This document shows, in pieces, positions 61,827 to 64,000 of a stretch of 64,000 nt of DNA (its first letter is position 1; every line of letters starts with the position of its first letter). A model generated the notes under the pieces. It worked only from the letters and a program-made list of their open reading frames with translations. It made no database searches and was not told where the DNA came from. The position numbers were made by a program, and so were the translations under genes. This DNA is from an uncultured Chloroflexia bacterium (GTDB taxonomy: Bacteria > Chloroflexota > Dehalococcoidia > DSTF01 > JALHUB01): contig OY969814.1 of assembly GCA_963703345.1 (NCBI GenBank), positions 960,001-1,024,000 of the forward strand, given 5' to 3'.

Positions 61827-62524
61827 TGATTGAGGATGATCAGGGACTGATAGCGCAGTCGCTGGCAAAAGTCTACGCGTCCGGCGAAACGACCGTAGAA
61901 GCAGTCCGCGAGGCTTCCCTCACCGTACGTCCGGGTGAGTTCGTTGCGGTCGTGGGGCCGAGCGGCTCCGGGAAGACGACCCTGCTGGCGATGCTTGGCG
62001 GGTTGGTCACCCCCACCCGCGGACGCGTCATCGTCGGCGCCACTGACATCGCCCACTTGAGCGAGGCGAAGCGAGCGCGCTTCCGCAGGGAACGGGTAGG
62101 GTTCGTATTCCAGGGCTTCAACCTAGTTCCCTACCTGACCGCGGAGCAGAACATCCTGACAATCGCCTCCATTTCCGGCAAACTCAATGGAGAAGCGCGG
62201 AGAAGGGCTCGCCAGCTACTACAGGAGTTAGGCATGGGGGAACGATCCCATCATCTTCCGGGTAAGCTATCAGGTGGGGAGAGGCAGCGGGTCGCCATCG
62301 GTCGGGCACTTATGAACGACCCTCTTCTGGTGCTGGTAGACGAGCCCACCTCAAACCTGGACTCTGAGCAGGGCAGCGCTGTGGTGCGTAGTTTGGCTGA
62401 TGAGGTAAAGGTACGTAACAAGATCGGTGTCATGGTCACGCACGATCGACGGATGTTGACGTACGTGGACAGAGTACTTGAGATGGCCGACGGACAGCTT
62501 CTGTCGCCTCGGGAAACCCACTGA
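61826..62524 (+). CDS. ABC transporter ATP-binding protein (LolD/MacB-type)
   Basis: GPSGSGKTT, GFVFQ, LSGGERQRVAI.RAL, DEPT, VTHD; TGATG coupling to the permease. Confidence 0.95.
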   Translation: MIEDDQGLIAQSLAKVYASGETTVEAVREASLTVRPGEFVAVVGPSGSGKTTLLAMLGGLVTPTRGRVIVGATDIAHLSEAKRARFRRERVGFVFQGFNLVPYLTAEQNILTIASISGKLNGEARRRARQLLQELGMGERSHHLPGKLSGGERQRVAIGRALMNDPLLVLVDEPTSNLDSEQGSAVVRSLADEVKVRNKIGVMVTHDRRMLTYVDRVLEMADGQLLSPRETH

Positions 62525-62762
62525 GAGTCTCGGCCACGAGCACGCATGAATGCGGTCTTGGAGCGGGACTCGATATCCGTGGCCCACACGATGCACGCTT
62601 AGTGTGCGTTCCTGCCGACGCCAGAGCGTCGCTGCCGTCAGCCGTGGAGGAAAGCGATGCCCGACCTTTTCTCGCCCGCCTTGTGAGATTCAACGGCGTG
62701 GAGCAAGGCGGCACGGGCGGCGTTTGCAGAACTACCCCGGCATACCGAGCACGAGAGTTCCT

Positions 62763-64000
62763 CTAATTCCCACCCATCAGGTCTTGCGCGATGCCCAGAT
62801 GATATTGGCTCATCGCGTCGTTCCCCAGCCAGGCATATACGCTTGCAACCTCCTGGCGCACCGTCAGATTGTAGGGGTCTAGAGCGACGGCCTCTTCCAG
62901 CAACCGGTACACGTCTTCCACCGGCTCAACCCGCAGATTCGCCAGTTCACCCCGCACCGACGCGAGCATCAGCACGGAATACGCGTCCGGCGCATAGTCT
63001 CGGGTCACCCGTTCGTAGGTGGCCTCCGACCGTTCAAGCCAGGCGGTCGACTCGGTTGACGCCACCGCCAGGTCGTATTCGTACTGCCCACGGTCCAGTA
63101 GATACTGACGTTCCAAGGGATTAAGTGTAGACGCTTGTTGCGAGAGACGGACAGCGTTTTCGAGGTCGCCGGCCGCCGCCGCTCGCTGCGCTTCCCCGGC
63201 AGCCAAGTCGCCACCAACGAGGGTGGCCGCCCACGCCAGCGCAACGAAGCCGCCGACCAACGCGGCCGCTCCGAACGCCCAGCGAGAAAGCCGTCGCCGT
63301 CCCGTCGTTGGTTGGCAGTTCGATGGCGCGACGCCGCTTGCTGCGCCGACCGCGGCGCCCATCAGAAGCCAGAGCACCCAAGTCGTCATGCCCTCCGTGA
63401 AACCGAAGTAGAGGGCGGAAACATAGCCGACGATTGCTGCCATCGACCCCACCAGGCCGTAACGCAATCGTCTGTCGCAACAAAGAGACGTGCTGCTCCA
63501 AGAGACGGTCAACACAGTGACCAACAGCCAGACGAAGGCGCCAAGCCCAAGGAGACCGGTCCCGGTCCCCAGATCGAGGAAGACGTTGTGGGCGCTTTCG
63601 GGCCGAACGTTATCGGTGCCAATGCCCGGCTGGTTAGGCCGACGGTACTTCGAGAAGAGGATGGGAAAGGCATCTTGCCCTCCGCCAAAGATAGGTCGAT
63701 CTGCCATCATCTCCAGCGCGGATCGCCACAGGCCAATTCTCATCGCCACGGACGTCTCGGTGAAATCGGTTGCTGACGCGATGCGCTCAGCGCCATGACT
63801 CGCTACGCTCCTGCCTTGAGCCATGGTTACGAACAGAGTGCCGCTTAGGATTAGGCCGAGCAGCACACAGAGAACACCGAACCTTGTCCACCGGACGCTG
63901 TGTATCAAGGAGGCTGCCAGGATGACCGCGACTGCGGCTGCTCCAATCCAGCCGGCCCGGCTCGACGTCAGGAGCAGGGCGATCACCATCACGACGGCTC
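62763..64000 (-). CDS. O-antigen ligase (Wzy_C) family protein with a C-terminal TPR-like region (5' partial)
   Basis: TSSRAGW, R..LW..AL.M..DRPIFG.G, SAHNVFL. Confidence 0.88.
   Translation of the reverse strand, partial: AVVMVIALLLTSSRAGWIGAAAVAVILAASLIHSVRWTRFGVLCVLLGLILSGTLFVTMAQGRSVASHGAERIASATDFTETSVAMRIGLWRSALEMMADRPIFGGGQDAFPILFSKYRRPNQPGIGTDNVRPESAHNVFLDLGTGTGLLGLGAFVWLLVTVLTVSWSSTSLCCDRRLRYGLVGSMAAIVGYVSALYFGFTEGMTTWVLWLLMGAAVGAASGVAPSNCQPTTGRRRLSRWAFGAAALVGGFVALAWAATLVGGDLAAGEAQRAAAAGDLENAVRLSQQASTLNPLERQYLLDRGQYEYDLAVASTESTAWLERSEATYERVTRDYAPDAYSVLMLASVRGELANLRVEPVEDVYRLLEEAVALDPYNLTVRQEVASVYAWLGNDAMSQYHLGIAQDLMGGN

Overview
GC-rich bacterial chromosome segment. The gene content (DUF2298/YYY membrane protein, several GT-C glycosyltransferases, LLM oxidoreductase, CxxC-x17-CxxC protein) suggests Chloroflexota, probably Dehalococcoidia-like; this is an inference. 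From left to right it holds: a kdp K+-uptake operon with extra upstream small ORFs; envelope proteins (DsbA-like, TolB-like, alpha-2-macroglobulin); an IS-scarred accessory stretch ending at tRNA-Arg(CCT); a ferric-reductase/cytochrome b5/hemolysin III module next to tRNA-Ala(CGC); housekeeping genes (ffh-rpsP-khpA-rimM, eno, gap, cydAB, mfd); and an integrase-headed island at tRNA-Pro(GGG). Three observations stand out. (1) A complete IS110 element has a left non-coding end that reads as a bridge RNA: its two loops match the reconstructed target site (ACTATGTCGGATC) and donor junction (ATAGGAGCGTCCTCTCT) around a GTC core. (2) A four-box, 11-bp-period promoter motif with identical spacing to the -10 precedes three envelope genes, a candidate regulon. 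(3) The kdp operon carries an unannotated KdpF, a second hydrophobic peptide and a novel leading ORF. All calls come from reading the sequence by eye; no searches or folding programs were run.
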